A DNA stretch of 51,620 nt. It comes from Candidatus Fermentibacterota bacterium. Lineage in GTDB: Bacteria > Fermentibacterota > Fermentibacteria > Fermentibacterales > Fermentibacteraceae. The position numbers and the translations under genes were made by a program. The stretch lies in the NCBI GenBank assembly GCA_012523605.1, contig JAAYTY010000144.1, forward strand, positions 1-51,620, written 5' to 3'. Below, in pieces: positions 36,979-45,749 of this stretch (position 1 is the first letter of the stretch; each line of letters begins with the position of its first letter). The notes below the pieces were generated by a model, which saw only the letters and a list, made by a program, of their open reading frames with translations, ran no database searches and was not told the origin of the DNA.

Positions 36979-38439
36979 ATGGAAGGGACCATCTTCTCGA
37001 AGAGCTGCTGCGGACGCCGGGGAATGGACCTCCCAGCGCCGGAGGTTCCCGTGCTCGATCCCTCCGCGGTCCTGGGTCCCGGCAGGCTCCGTTCCGCGCC
37101 GGTCGGCCTCCCCCAGGTCAGCGAGCCTCAGGCCGTGAGGCACTTCGTCAACCTCGGGGTCAAGAACTACCACGTGGACAAAGGCATCTATCCGCTGGGC
37201 TCTTGCACGATGAAATACAATCCCAAGCTCAACGAGGACCTCGCGAGGCACCCTGCCTTCGCCGGCCTGCACCCGCTTGCTCCGGCCCGGGCCGCCCAGG
37301 GCGCGCTGGAGCTGATGCACGAGCTGGGGACCTACCTGTGCGAGATCACGGGATTCCGCGGAGTGACCCTCCAGCCTGCCGCCGGAGCCCAGGGTGAGTT
37401 CACGGGACTCCTCCTCATCAGGAAGTGGCACGACGCGAGGGGAGATGCCGGAAGGGTCGAGGTGCTGATGCCCGATTCGGCCCACGGCACCAACCCCGCA
37501 TCCAGCACTCTGGCGGGCATGCGGGTGGTCAGCGTGAAATCCGACTCCCGAGGCGAAGTGGATCTCGACGACCTGAAGGCGAAGGCCGGCCCCCTGACCG
37601 CGGCTCTCATGCTGACGAACCCCAACACTCTCGGGATCTTCGAGTCGCGCATCGGAGAGATCACGAGGATCGTCCACGAGGCCGGCGGCCTCTGCTACAT
37701 GGACGGAGCGAACCTCAACGCCCTCCTGGGGATCGCGAGGCCGGGGGACATGGGATTCGACGTCTGCCACGTGAACCTGCACAAGACCTTCTCCACCCCC
37801 CACGGCGGAGGCGGGCCCGGCGCGGGGCCCGTGGCCTGCGCCGAGCCTCTGGCCAGGTTCCTGCCGAATCCGGTCGTCGTGCGCGCCGGGGACGGCTCCT
37901 ATGCGTTCGAGCCCGGCGGGAGGGAGTCCTTCGGAAGGCTGCTGGCCTTCCACGGCAACTTCGGGGTTCTCGTCAGGGCCTGGGCGTACATCCGGACTCT
38001 CGGCGCGGCAGGCCTCCGCGAGACGGCCGAGAACGCGCTGATAAACGCCAACTACCTCAGGGCGCGGCTGAAGGGTGCCTTCGAGCTTCCCTATGACCAC
38101 GGCCCCTGCATGCACGAGTTCGTGCTGTCGGGCGAGGCGCAGGCGAAGAAAGGCGTCAGGACGCTGGACATCGCGAAGAGGCTGCTCGACTACGGTTTCC
38201 ATGCCCCCACCATCTATTTCCCCCTGATCGTTCACGAGGCGATCATGATCGAGCCCACCGAGACCGAGGGTCTCCAGTCCCTCGACGCCTTCGCGGACGC
38301 CATGCTCGCCATCGCGAGGGAGGTCGAGGAGAAGCCGCACCTCGTCACGGACGCACCGGTGAACACGCCGGTCCTTCGGCTCGACGAGGTCCGCGCCGTG
38401 AAGGAGCTGGACATAGCGGAACCGTGGGAGAGAACGTAG
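36979..38439 (+). CDS. gcvPB: Glycine dehydrogenase subunit 2
   Basis: PLGSCTMKYNP, QPAAGAQGE, SAHGTNPAS, PLP-Lys motif NLHKTFSTPHGGGGPG, and IEPTETE. Confidence 0.97.
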   Translation: MEGTIFSKSCCGRRGMDLPAPEVPVLDPSAVLGPGRLRSAPVGLPQVSEPQAVRHFVNLGVKNYHVDKGIYPLGSCTMKYNPKLNEDLARHPAFAGLHPLAPARAAQGALELMHELGTYLCEITGFRGVTLQPAAGAQGEFTGLLLIRKWHDARGDAGRVEVLMPDSAHGTNPASSTLAGMRVVSVKSDSRGEVDLDDLKAKAGPLTAALMLTNPNTLGIFESRIGEITRIVHEAGGLCYMDGANLNALLGIARPGDMGFDVCHVNLHKTFSTPHGGGGPGAGPVACAEPLARFLPNPVVVRAGDGSYAFEPGGRESFGRLLAFHGNFGVLVRAWAYIRTLGAAGLRETAENALINANYLRARLKGAFELPYDHGPCMHEFVLSGEAQAKKGVRTLDIAKRLLDYGFHAPTIYFPLIVHEAIMIEPTETEGLQSLDAFADAMLAIAREVEEKPHLVTDAPVNTPVLRLDEVRAVKELDIAEPWERT

Positions 38440-38867
38440 AAACCGGGGCGCGGTCCGTACTCGAGTGGAGGTCGCACCCTGCAGCCGAGAGGCCGCTGGC
38501 CGCCGCCCTTCTGCTCGTTATAATGCTCGCTGCCACGGGCGGGGCGGTGCTCTGGGGCGGAAGCCCGTGGTGGGGCGTCGTGGGCTTCGCGATGCTCTTC
38601 CTGGGCTTGTGGAGCTTCCTCCTGCCCGCCTGGTACCGGATGGACGGGAAGGGGGTCTCGAAGCGCACCGTCTTCGGCCTGGAGAAGCGCGAGTGGCGGG
38701 AAGTCAGGAGCTTCACGGTGGACAGGTACGGAATGCTCCTCAGTCCGTTTCCCGGACCTGCGAGGCTGGCGAAGTTCCGCGGGCTGTCCGTCCAGTTCTC
38801 GCCCTCCAACAGGGAGGAAGTCGTTGGGTTTGTCGAGGCAAGGACCGTGGGGGACCGTACCCGCTGA
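38424..38867 (+). CDS. Small two-TM membrane protein with a C-terminal soluble (PH/YcxB-like) domain
   Basis: W.SHPA, two hydrophobic helices, then FLLP.WY...R.W..VR..LLSPF..RL..FRG. Overlaps the gcvPB stop. Confidence 0.7.
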   Translation: MGENVETGARSVLEWRSHPAAERPLAAALLLVIMLAATGGAVLWGGSPWWGVVGFAMLFLGLWSFLLPAWYRMDGKGVSKRTVFGLEKREWREVRSFTVDRYGMLLSPFPGPARLAKFRGLSVQFSPSNREEVVGFVEARTVGDRTR

Positions 38868-39273
38868 CGCCGCGGAGGGCGAGTCCTACGACGATCTGAT
38901 AGGGAAGATCGCCCGTGAGATAGTCAGCCGCGAACTCACAGTTCCGGCGATCATGTTCCTCGAGTCGGTTAAGCCCCTGTCGTTCCTCGGGAACCAGCTT
39001 CTCGTGTTCCTGGATCCGGTGGTCTCCCTCGTGGTGACCTCGGGGGAATACCGGCGCTTCGTCAGGATGCTCGAGGACAGGGAGAACCTCGAAAGGCTGA
39101 TATCCGTGATAGAGGAGGAAAACGCCCTCGAAGAGGCCCGCAGGAGGGAGGAGAGGAGCAGGCGCCCCCGGCGCGGGCTTCGCGCCTTCTTCGGGCGCCG
39201 TGGAGGGCCCGCAGGGGAGCAGAAGGGAGACGGCATTGGCCGGCAAGGAGATCACCAGGATACTGGCAACTGA
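38824..39273 (+). CDS. Conserved-looking hypothetical protein
   Basis: KIA..IV.R.L.VPAIMFLES.KPL.FLGNQ...F..P core and a charged tail. GGAGG ribosome-binding site before TTG 38824. Confidence 0.7.
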   Translation: MGLSRQGPWGTVPADAAEGESYDDLIGKIAREIVSRELTVPAIMFLESVKPLSFLGNQLLVFLDPVVSLVVTSGEYRRFVRMLEDRENLERLISVIEEENALEEARRREERSRRPRRGLRAFFGRRGGPAGEQKGDGIGRQGDHQDTGN

Positions 39274-41101
39274 CTGCGGCAGCACGACGACCAAGGCCAT
39301 TCTCATCGAGAAGCGGGCCGGCGAGTACAGGCTGATCCGCCGGGGCGAGGCGCCGACGACGGTGGAGGCGCCCGCCGAGGACGTGACCAAGGGGGTGCTC
39401 AACGCCGTAGGCGAGATAGAGGACCTCGAGGGCAGGGAGTTCCTCGACGCCTCCCGCGAAGGGATAGCCGTGGGTGACGATCTCTCCAGGGGCGTGGACA
39501 TCTTCGTCTCTACCTCCTCCGCCGGGGGAGGGCTCCAGATGACCGTCGCCGGAGTGGTCAAGTCCATGACCGGCGAGAGCGCCCAGCGCGCCGCCCTCGG
39601 CGCCGGCGCGATCGTCATGGACGTCGTCGCCTCGAACGACGGCCGGCTGTTCCACGAGAAGGTCGCCGACATCAGGCGCCTCCGGCCGGACATGATCCTG
39701 CTCTCCGGCGGCATAGACGGAGGGACCATAGACCATGTCGTGGAACTGGCCGAGGTCATAAGGGCCGCCGACCCCAAGCCCAGGTTCGGGGTGGGCTACA
39801 AGCTGCCCGTCATCTACGCAGGGAACAGGGACGCCACAGGAGAGGTGGAGCACGAGCTCGGCGGGATGTCCGCCCTCAAGGTGGTCCCCAACATCCGGCC
39901 CGTCCTCGAGAGGGAGAACCTGGGCCCGGCGCGCGACACGATACACGAACTCTTCATGGAGCATGTCATGGCCCAGGCTCCGGGCTACGGCAAGCTGATG
40001 CAGTGGGCTGGCCACTGGGTTGACGGCAGGTGGGAGAACGTTCCGATCATGCCCACTCCAGGGGCCGTCGGAAAGCTGATCGAGATGGTCGCCAGGGCCG
40101 AGGGCATCCATGTCATGGGCGTGGATATCGGCGGCGCCACGACCGACGTGTTCAGCGTCTTCGACAGCCAGGGCCAGCCCGTCTTCAACCGCACCGTATC
40201 GGCCAACCTGGGGATGAGCTACAGCATTTCGAACGTCCTCGCCAGCGCAGGCATGGAGAACGTGATGCGCTGGGTTCCCTTCAGGATGGACGAGGCCGAC
40301 CTCAGAAACCGCATCCGGAACAAGATGATCAGACCCACGACCATCCCGCAGACCCTCGAGGAGCTGATCGTCGAGCAGGCTATCAGCCGGGAGGCCCTGA
40401 GACTTGCCCTGGTCCAGCACCGGGAGCTGGCCGTGGGCCTCAAGGGGGTGGCGCAGGAGCGGACCATCGGCGACGCCTTCGAGCAGACCCAGACGGGTGC
40501 GACCCTGGTGGACATGATGAAGCTCGACCTGCTGATCGGCTCGGGCGGAGTCCTGTCCCATGCTCCGAGGAGATGCCAGGCGGCGCTGATGATGATCGAC
40601 TCGTTCCTCCCCGAAGGCATCACGATGCTGGCGGTGGACTCGATCTTCATGATGCCCCAGCTCGGCGTTCTCTCGAAAGAGCTCCCGGAAGCGGCCGCCG
40701 AGGTCTTCGACAAGGACTGCCTCATCCGGCTCGGAAGCTGCGTCGCTCCTTCCGGCCAGTCGAAGGACGGCCAGACCACCGCGACCATGCAGATGGAGGC
40801 CCCCGACGGCCGGACGCGCGAGTTCAGGATCGTCTACGGCAGAATGGAGGTGATCCCCCTGGGCGTCGGCGAGAAGGCAAGGGTAACGATACGCCCGGCG
40901 AAGGGGATAGATGTCGGAGCCGGTCCCGGAAGGCAGCTCGAATCGGTGGTCGAGGGCGGAGTCGTTGGAGTCGTGCTCGACGGCAGGGGCAGGCAGCCGT
41001 TCGGCCTTCCGGCGGGAGACGCCGAGAGGATCCGCAAGCTGCAGGAGTGGGCCATGGCCATGACGGCCTACCCCGAGAAGTTCCTTTCCCTGGGGAGGTA
41101 G
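39236..41101 (+). CDS. GlmL/MutL (glutamate mutase L)-family ASKHA-fold ATPase with C-terminal extension
   Basis: Phosphate-1 motif ATDCGSTTTKA, SSAGGGL, LLSGGIDGG, MPTP.AV, phosphate-2 motif VDIGGATTDVFS, RTV..NLGM and IGSGGVLSH. TTG start at 39236 after AAGGGAG. Confidence 0.85.
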   Translation: MAGKEITRILATDCGSTTTKAILIEKRAGEYRLIRRGEAPTTVEAPAEDVTKGVLNAVGEIEDLEGREFLDASREGIAVGDDLSRGVDIFVSTSSAGGGLQMTVAGVVKSMTGESAQRAALGAGAIVMDVVASNDGRLFHEKVADIRRLRPDMILLSGGIDGGTIDHVVELAEVIRAADPKPRFGVGYKLPVIYAGNRDATGEVEHELGGMSALKVVPNIRPVLERENLGPARDTIHELFMEHVMAQAPGYGKLMQWAGHWVDGRWENVPIMPTPGAVGKLIEMVARAEGIHVMGVDIGGATTDVFSVFDSQGQPVFNRTVSANLGMSYSISNVLASAGMENVMRWVPFRMDEADLRNRIRNKMIRPTTIPQTLEELIVEQAISREALRLALVQHRELAVGLKGVAQERTIGDAFEQTQTGATLVDMMKLDLLIGSGGVLSHAPRRCQAALMMIDSFLPEGITMLAVDSIFMMPQLGVLSKELPEAAAEVFDKDCLIRLGSCVAPSGQSKDGQTTATMQMEAPDGRTREFRIVYGRMEVIPLGVGEKARVTIRPAKGIDVGAGPGRQLESVVEGGVVGVVLDGRGRQPFGLPAGDAERIRKLQEWAMAMTAYPEKFLSLGR

Positions 41102-41105
41102 GAGG

Positions 41106-42227
41106 ATGGCATTCGCTTACACACCGGGTCTCAGGGTCGCCGACGTGACGACCGTCCGCAAGGAACGCCGCCTCCCGCTCAAGGGCAGAGTCCTGGTCCG
41201 TGAGGGCGCCGACGTGGACGCCGAGACGGTGGTCGCCAGGACCGAGCTGCCCGGCAACGTGAAGATGCTCAACATAGCCAACATTCTCGGCGTGCCGCCC
41301 GACGACATCCCGGAGCTCCTCTTGAAGAAGGAGGGCGACCCGCTGTCGGAGAACGAGACGATAGCCCAGTCCAGGGGGCTGTTCGGGCTGTTCCGGAACA
41401 CCGTGAGATCACCCATCGAGGGATCCTTCGAGAGCTTCAACAAGGTCACGGGACAGGCGGTTCTCAGGGAGCCGCCGATTCCGGTGACCATCGACGCATA
41501 CGTGAAGGGGCGCGTGGTGGAAGTGATCCCCGACGAGGGCGTCGTGGTGGAGACGAGGGCCACCTTCGTACAGGGCATCTTCGGCATCGGAGGAGAGGTC
41601 AGAGGGTTCCTGAAGACGGTCGTCAAGAGCCCCGACCAGGAGCTGACATCCGATCTGATAGACGCCTCCTGCTCGGGGAGGATCCTGGTGGGAGGCTCGT
41701 TCGTTACCGTGGCCACGCTCCGGAAGGCCGTGTCGGCCGGTGTGAAGGGGATGGTCGTCGGCGGCTTCGACGACAGGGATCTGAAGGATTTCCTCGGCTA
41801 CGATCTCGGCGTCGCCATCACAGGCCACGAGAACAAGGGCATAACCCTCGTCCTGACGGAGGGGTTCGGCCGCATGAACATGGCCCGGGCCACTTTCGAC
41901 CTCCTGAGGAGCCGCGAGGGAATGCTCGCGAGCATAAACGGCGCGACACAGATCAGGGCGGGGGTGATCCGCCCGGAGGTGGTCATCCCGGTCGGCGACG
42001 AGGTACAGGGCAAACCGCCTTCGAGGGAGCAGGGGGCTCTCGTCACCGGATCGCCCGTCAGGGTCATCAGGGCGCCGTATTTCGGCAGGCTGGGCAGAGT
42101 GTCGGCGCTGCCGCCGGAGCTGCAGCAGCTCGAGACCGAGGCTCACGTGAGGGTGCTCGAAGTGGAGTTCGGGGACGGCTCCAGGGCGGTGGTGCCCAGG
42201 GCAAACGTCGAGCTCATAGAGGAATAG
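41106..42227 (+). CDS. Hypothetical soluble protein with barrel-sandwich-hybrid-like repeats and a C-terminal KOW/SH3-like motif
   Basis: G.VLV.EG..V....VVAR and KKEGD......IA...SPI.G half-motifs, VQGIFGIGGE, LTEGFG, G.TQIRAGV.RPE and G..VRVIR.PYFG..G.V. AGGAGG ribosome-binding site. Confidence 0.8.
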   Translation: MAFAYTPGLRVADVTTVRKERRLPLKGRVLVREGADVDAETVVARTELPGNVKMLNIANILGVPPDDIPELLLKKEGDPLSENETIAQSRGLFGLFRNTVRSPIEGSFESFNKVTGQAVLREPPIPVTIDAYVKGRVVEVIPDEGVVVETRATFVQGIFGIGGEVRGFLKTVVKSPDQELTSDLIDASCSGRILVGGSFVTVATLRKAVSAGVKGMVVGGFDDRDLKDFLGYDLGVAITGHENKGITLVLTEGFGRMNMARATFDLLRSREGMLASINGATQIRAGVIRPEVVIPVGDEVQGKPPSREQGALVTGSPVRVIRAPYFGRLGRVSALPPELQQLETEAHVRVLEVEFGDGSRAVVPRANVELIEE

Positions 42228-42270
42228 GTCCGGGCATGTCCTTGCCCTGCTGTCAGGTTCTATCCATGAC

Positions 42271-42292
42271 CCGGGGAGTTTCGGCTCCCCGG
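42271..42292 (+). other. Intercistronic RNA hairpin with UUCG loop
   Basis: CCGGGGAGT-TTCG-GCTCCCCGG: a 9-bp stem with one G-U pair, in the 100-bp gap inside the module. Confidence 0.6.
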
Positions 42293-42327
42293 TTCCATTC
42301 TGAGGTCCTGTCGATCGGAGGAGTGGA

Positions 42328-43542
42328 ATGAGGTTGTTCGGTCTTCTCGCGCTGGCGCTGGCCGCCGGCCCGGCGGCACAGCCGGCCGGGCCGCCCGGGA
42401 CCGGCCCGGTTGCATACGGGCAGGCCGCGGCCGACTCGATGCCTTCACCGCCCCCTGCGCCTTCGGTGACCGGTCTCGCCGCCCGCGATGTGCGCGACGA
42501 CGCCGGCGGCGCGATCGAGCTCTCGTGGGAGCTGGTTCCAGGCGTGACGGCCGACTCGCTCCTCGTGTCCCGAAGCGCCGACGGCGGGACATGGGAGACG
42601 GTCGCCTTCCTGCCCGGAGCCGAAGTGGTGTTCACGGACGAGGGGCTGGAGGACGGCGTCGAGTACTCCTACACCGTCACCTCCCTCCTGGGCGGTGCGG
42701 CATCCCAGCCGGCGGGGCCGGTTTCTGCGGTCCCCTCGGCGCAGTGGCTTCACTCGAAGCGCACCGGGATGCTCATCATCCTGGTCCTGCTCTCCGGCGT
42801 GATCTTCTGGTTCATCGACCAGGGCAGGAAGGGCCGAAAGCTGTACATACGCGAGATCGCCGGGCTCTCCGCCGTGGACGACGCCGTCGGCAGGGCCACC
42901 GAGATGGGCCGGTCGGTGCTCTACATCCCCGGCATCATGGGCATGGACGACATCCAGACGATAGCCAGCATGATCATCCTGGGGCGCGTGGCCGGCAAGA
43001 CCGCCGAGTACGGCGCCGACCTTCAGGTGCCGGTCTGCAACAGCGTCGTGATGAGCGTGGGACAGGAGATCGTGAAGGAGGCGTATCTCGCTGCCGGAAG
43101 GCCCGACTCCTACCGTCGCGACAATGTCTTCTACCTCACCGACGACCAGTTCGGATACGCGGCGGGCGTGGACGGGATAATGGTCCGCCAGCGGCCCGCA
43201 GCCATATTCATGCTGGGCACCTTCTACGCCGAGAGCCTCATCCTGGCCGAGACCGGCAAGAGCGTGGGCGCGATCCAGATCGCCGGCACGGCCATGCCCA
43301 GCCAGCTTCCGTTCTTCATCGCCGCCTGCGACTACACCCTCATAGGCGAGGAGCTCTTCGCCGCCAGCGCCTACCTTTCCCGCGAGCCCAAGCTCCTCGG
43401 GAGCCTGAAGGGCCAGGATGCAGCCAAGCTGATTATCATGCTGGTGATCGTTGTCGGCGTGCTCGCCGCCTCGATAGGCACATGGTGGGCGCCGGCGGCC
43501 TCCCTGGCGGACTTCCTCCGCCGCATCCTTCACGTCGAGTAG
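42328..43542 (+). CDS. Signal peptide + fibronectin type III domain + TM + DUF6754-like domain
   Basis: FN3 motifs L.A.D...D.GG.I.LSW and F.D.GL.DG..Y.Y.V; a TM helix; IR.IAGL.A.D.AVGRATEMG, IQIAGT...QLPFF and LIGEELFAASAYL; C-terminal TM. The DUF number is from memory. Confidence 0.75.
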   Translation: MRLFGLLALALAAGPAAQPAGPPGTGPVAYGQAAADSMPSPPPAPSVTGLAARDVRDDAGGAIELSWELVPGVTADSLLVSRSADGGTWETVAFLPGAEVVFTDEGLEDGVEYSYTVTSLLGGAASQPAGPVSAVPSAQWLHSKRTGMLIILVLLSGVIFWFIDQGRKGRKLYIREIAGLSAVDDAVGRATEMGRSVLYIPGIMGMDDIQTIASMIILGRVAGKTAEYGADLQVPVCNSVVMSVGQEIVKEAYLAAGRPDSYRRDNVFYLTDDQFGYAAGVDGIMVRQRPAAIFMLGTFYAESLILAETGKSVGAIQIAGTAMPSQLPFFIAACDYTLIGEELFAASAYLSREPKLLGSLKGQDAAKLIIMLVIVVGVLAASIGTWWAPAASLADFLRRILHVE

Positions 43543-43553
43543 GGGGTGGCGGA

Positions 43554-44213
43554 ATGAGGACGATCCTTCCTCTCGCGATTACGTTCGTAACGGGAATGAT
43601 CATGGTACTCAACTTTTTCGTGCCCCACCGCCCCTTCAACTCCATGGGCAACTCGCTGTCCGACTGGTACATGATCGTGGCCTCCGCCGCCATCTTCCTC
43701 GGCGCGATGAACCTCCTCCAGGTCCACTTCGCGAGGATCCGCCACAGAGCCAGGAACTGGCAGTACAGCCCGGTGGCGATAGGCGGGTTCCTCCTCATGC
43801 TGACGGCCGGGCTGGTCACCGGTGTGGAGGAGGGCCGCGCATTCGACTTCATGTTCCAGAACATGGTGGTCCCGATGGGAGCGACGATGTTCAGCCTCCT
43901 CGCCTTCTTCGTCGCGTCAGCCGCCTTCAGGGCGTTCAGATCGTCCAACTGGAGGGCCACCCTCCTCCTGGTCTCGGCGTTCGTCGTCATGCTGGGCAGG
44001 GTTCCGATCGGCGACCTCCTGTGGAGGCTCGTGCCCGGAGCGGCTTCGGGTGCGCATCCGAGCCTGGTGACGGAGATCGCCGAGTGGATAATGCAGGTCC
44101 CCAACATGGCCGGACAGCGAGCTGTGATGATAGGTGCCGCGCTGGGCGTCGTCGCCACCTCGCTCCGCATGATCTTCGGCGTCGAGCGCAGCTACCTCGG
44201 AGGTGCGGACTGA
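43554..44213 (+). CDS. Polytopic membrane protein (~6 TM), unknown function
   Basis: Almost entirely hydrophobic, with TMFSLLAFFVASAAFRAFR, MLGRVPIG, W.M.VPN.AG.R and G.ERSYLG. Confidence 0.85.
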   Translation: MRTILPLAITFVTGMIMVLNFFVPHRPFNSMGNSLSDWYMIVASAAIFLGAMNLLQVHFARIRHRARNWQYSPVAIGGFLLMLTAGLVTGVEEGRAFDFMFQNMVVPMGATMFSLLAFFVASAAFRAFRSSNWRATLLLVSAFVVMLGRVPIGDLLWRLVPGAASGAHPSLVTEIAEWIMQVPNMAGQRAVMIGAALGVVATSLRMIFGVERSYLGGAD

Positions 44214-45073
44214 TGGGTGGCCTCCTCGAAAAGCTCGACAGGATAGACAGGCGGTTCATCTATCTCCTCATGGCTCTGTCGGTCCTCGTTCCGCTCGCAT
44301 TCAGGCTCGAGATGCCGATCCCGGTCAGCCCCGGCCCCAGCATGGACCTCTACGAAGCGGTCGACGCGCTTCCGCCGGGCTCGGTCGTGATAGTGAGCTA
44401 CGACTACGATCCCTCCACGATGCCAGAACTCCAGCCCATGGCCGTGGCGCTGACCCGGCACCTCATGTCGAGAGGCGTGAAGATCATCGCCACGGCTCTC
44501 TGGCCGCAGGGCGCGAGCCTCGCGCAGAACGCGCTCACGCAGATCTCCGACAGCCTCGGGCTCTCGGAGTACGAGGACTGGGTGAACCTGGGCTACACCG
44601 TGGGAGGGGCCGTTTCGGTCGTCAGGATGGGCAGCTCGATAAGCGCCGTCTTTCCCAGGGACAGGGTCGGGGTGCCCTACGACTCGATCCCTGTGCTCGA
44701 AGGCGTCGGCAGGCTGGCCGACATCTCGATGGTCATCGCGCTGTCCGCCGGCGATCCCGGCATCCACGCCTGGGTGATGGTGGCCCAGGGCAGGTTCGGC
44801 ATCCCCGTAGGAGGGGGCTGTACCGCCGTCAGCGCGCCGGAGTTCTACACCTATCTCGGCTCGGGCCAGCTGGTCGGCCTGCTCGGCGGGCTGAAGGGGG
44901 CCGCCGACTACGAGACCCTTCTCAAAAGGGACAATCCGGGAGCCCCCGGCGGCACCGCGACCCCCGGAATGGCCGCGCAGTCCATCTCGCATCTCGTCAT
45001 CATGGGATTCATAGTGATAGGCAACATCGCCTTCATCGCTGGCAGGAAGAGGAAGAGGGGGGGTGCGAAGTGA
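44213..45073 (+). CDS. Membrane-anchored protein (TM - alpha/beta domain - TM), unknown function
   Basis: DRRFIYL plus TM, DYDP....EL.PM, WVNLGY, GG.TAVSAP, SGQL.GLLGG.KGAA.YE, and a C-terminal TM with an RKRKR tail. TGATG coupling to the upstream gene. Confidence 0.85.
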   Translation: MGGLLEKLDRIDRRFIYLLMALSVLVPLAFRLEMPIPVSPGPSMDLYEAVDALPPGSVVIVSYDYDPSTMPELQPMAVALTRHLMSRGVKIIATALWPQGASLAQNALTQISDSLGLSEYEDWVNLGYTVGGAVSVVRMGSSISAVFPRDRVGVPYDSIPVLEGVGRLADISMVIALSAGDPGIHAWVMVAQGRFGIPVGGGCTAVSAPEFYTYLGSGQLVGLLGGLKGAADYETLLKRDNPGAPGGTATPGMAAQSISHLVIMGFIVIGNIAFIAGRKRKRGGAK

Positions 45074-45726
45074 ACTGGGAGATCCTCGGCATCTGGCTGG
45101 GGGCCCTGCTGACCCTGAGCCTCTATAGTTTTCTTTACAGGGACAACCCCTTCTACAAGTTCACCGAGCATCTCTTCGTGGGGATGAGCGCGGGATACTG
45201 GGTCATCTACAACATCTTCAACGTACTGAGGCCGAACCTCTGGGACAGGCTGACCGGCGCCGGGGAGGCCGGTCCCGACCTCTGGATGATCATCCCCGCC
45301 GTGTTCGGCGTGTTCATGATCCTCCGCCTGGTGCCGAAGGTCGCCAGCCTGTCGCGGTTCGCCCTCGCGATGATAGTCGGCACGGGCGCGGGACTGAGCC
45401 TCGTCACGACGCTCCAGACGAACGCCCTCGCCCAGGTGGAGGGGACCATACTGTCGGTGACCGGCGGCGGGCTGTCGGAGTTCCTCGACAGCTTCCTCCT
45501 GGTCGCGGGGGTGGTCTGCGGGCTGGTGTACTTCTTCTTCTCGAAAGCCCACAGGGGGGTGATCGGAGGCGCCGCCGGCATCGGAATCACGATCCTCATG
45601 ATCGCCTTCGGCGCCAGCTTCGGCTACACCGTGATGGCGCGAATCAGCCTGCTGATCGGTCAGGCGCAGTTCCTGCTGTTCAGATGGCTGCCCACGATAC
45701 CCCTCTTCAGGGGCCTTGCCGGATAG
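45070..45726 (+). CDS. Polytopic membrane protein (~6 TM), unknown function
   Basis: LTL.LYSFLY.DNP.YK..EH..VG..AGY, L.YFFFS and M.AFGA.FGYTVM.RISLL.G. GTGA overlap with the upstream gene. Confidence 0.85.
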   Translation: MNWEILGIWLGALLTLSLYSFLYRDNPFYKFTEHLFVGMSAGYWVIYNIFNVLRPNLWDRLTGAGEAGPDLWMIIPAVFGVFMILRLVPKVASLSRFALAMIVGTGAGLSLVTTLQTNALAQVEGTILSVTGGGLSEFLDSFLLVAGVVCGLVYFFFSKAHRGVIGGAAGIGITILMIAFGASFGYTVMARISLLIGQAQFLLFRWLPTIPLFRGLAG

Positions 45727-45749
45727 TCGTGGACGGCGTTTGCGTCAGC

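Noticed and set aside
39236-41101. Calling this gene mismatch-repair mutL or a glutamate mutase catalytic subunit
   Set aside because: The motifs are ASKHA, not GHKL, and there is no B12-binding or TIM-barrel mutase signature. The shared name 'MutL' is a homonym.
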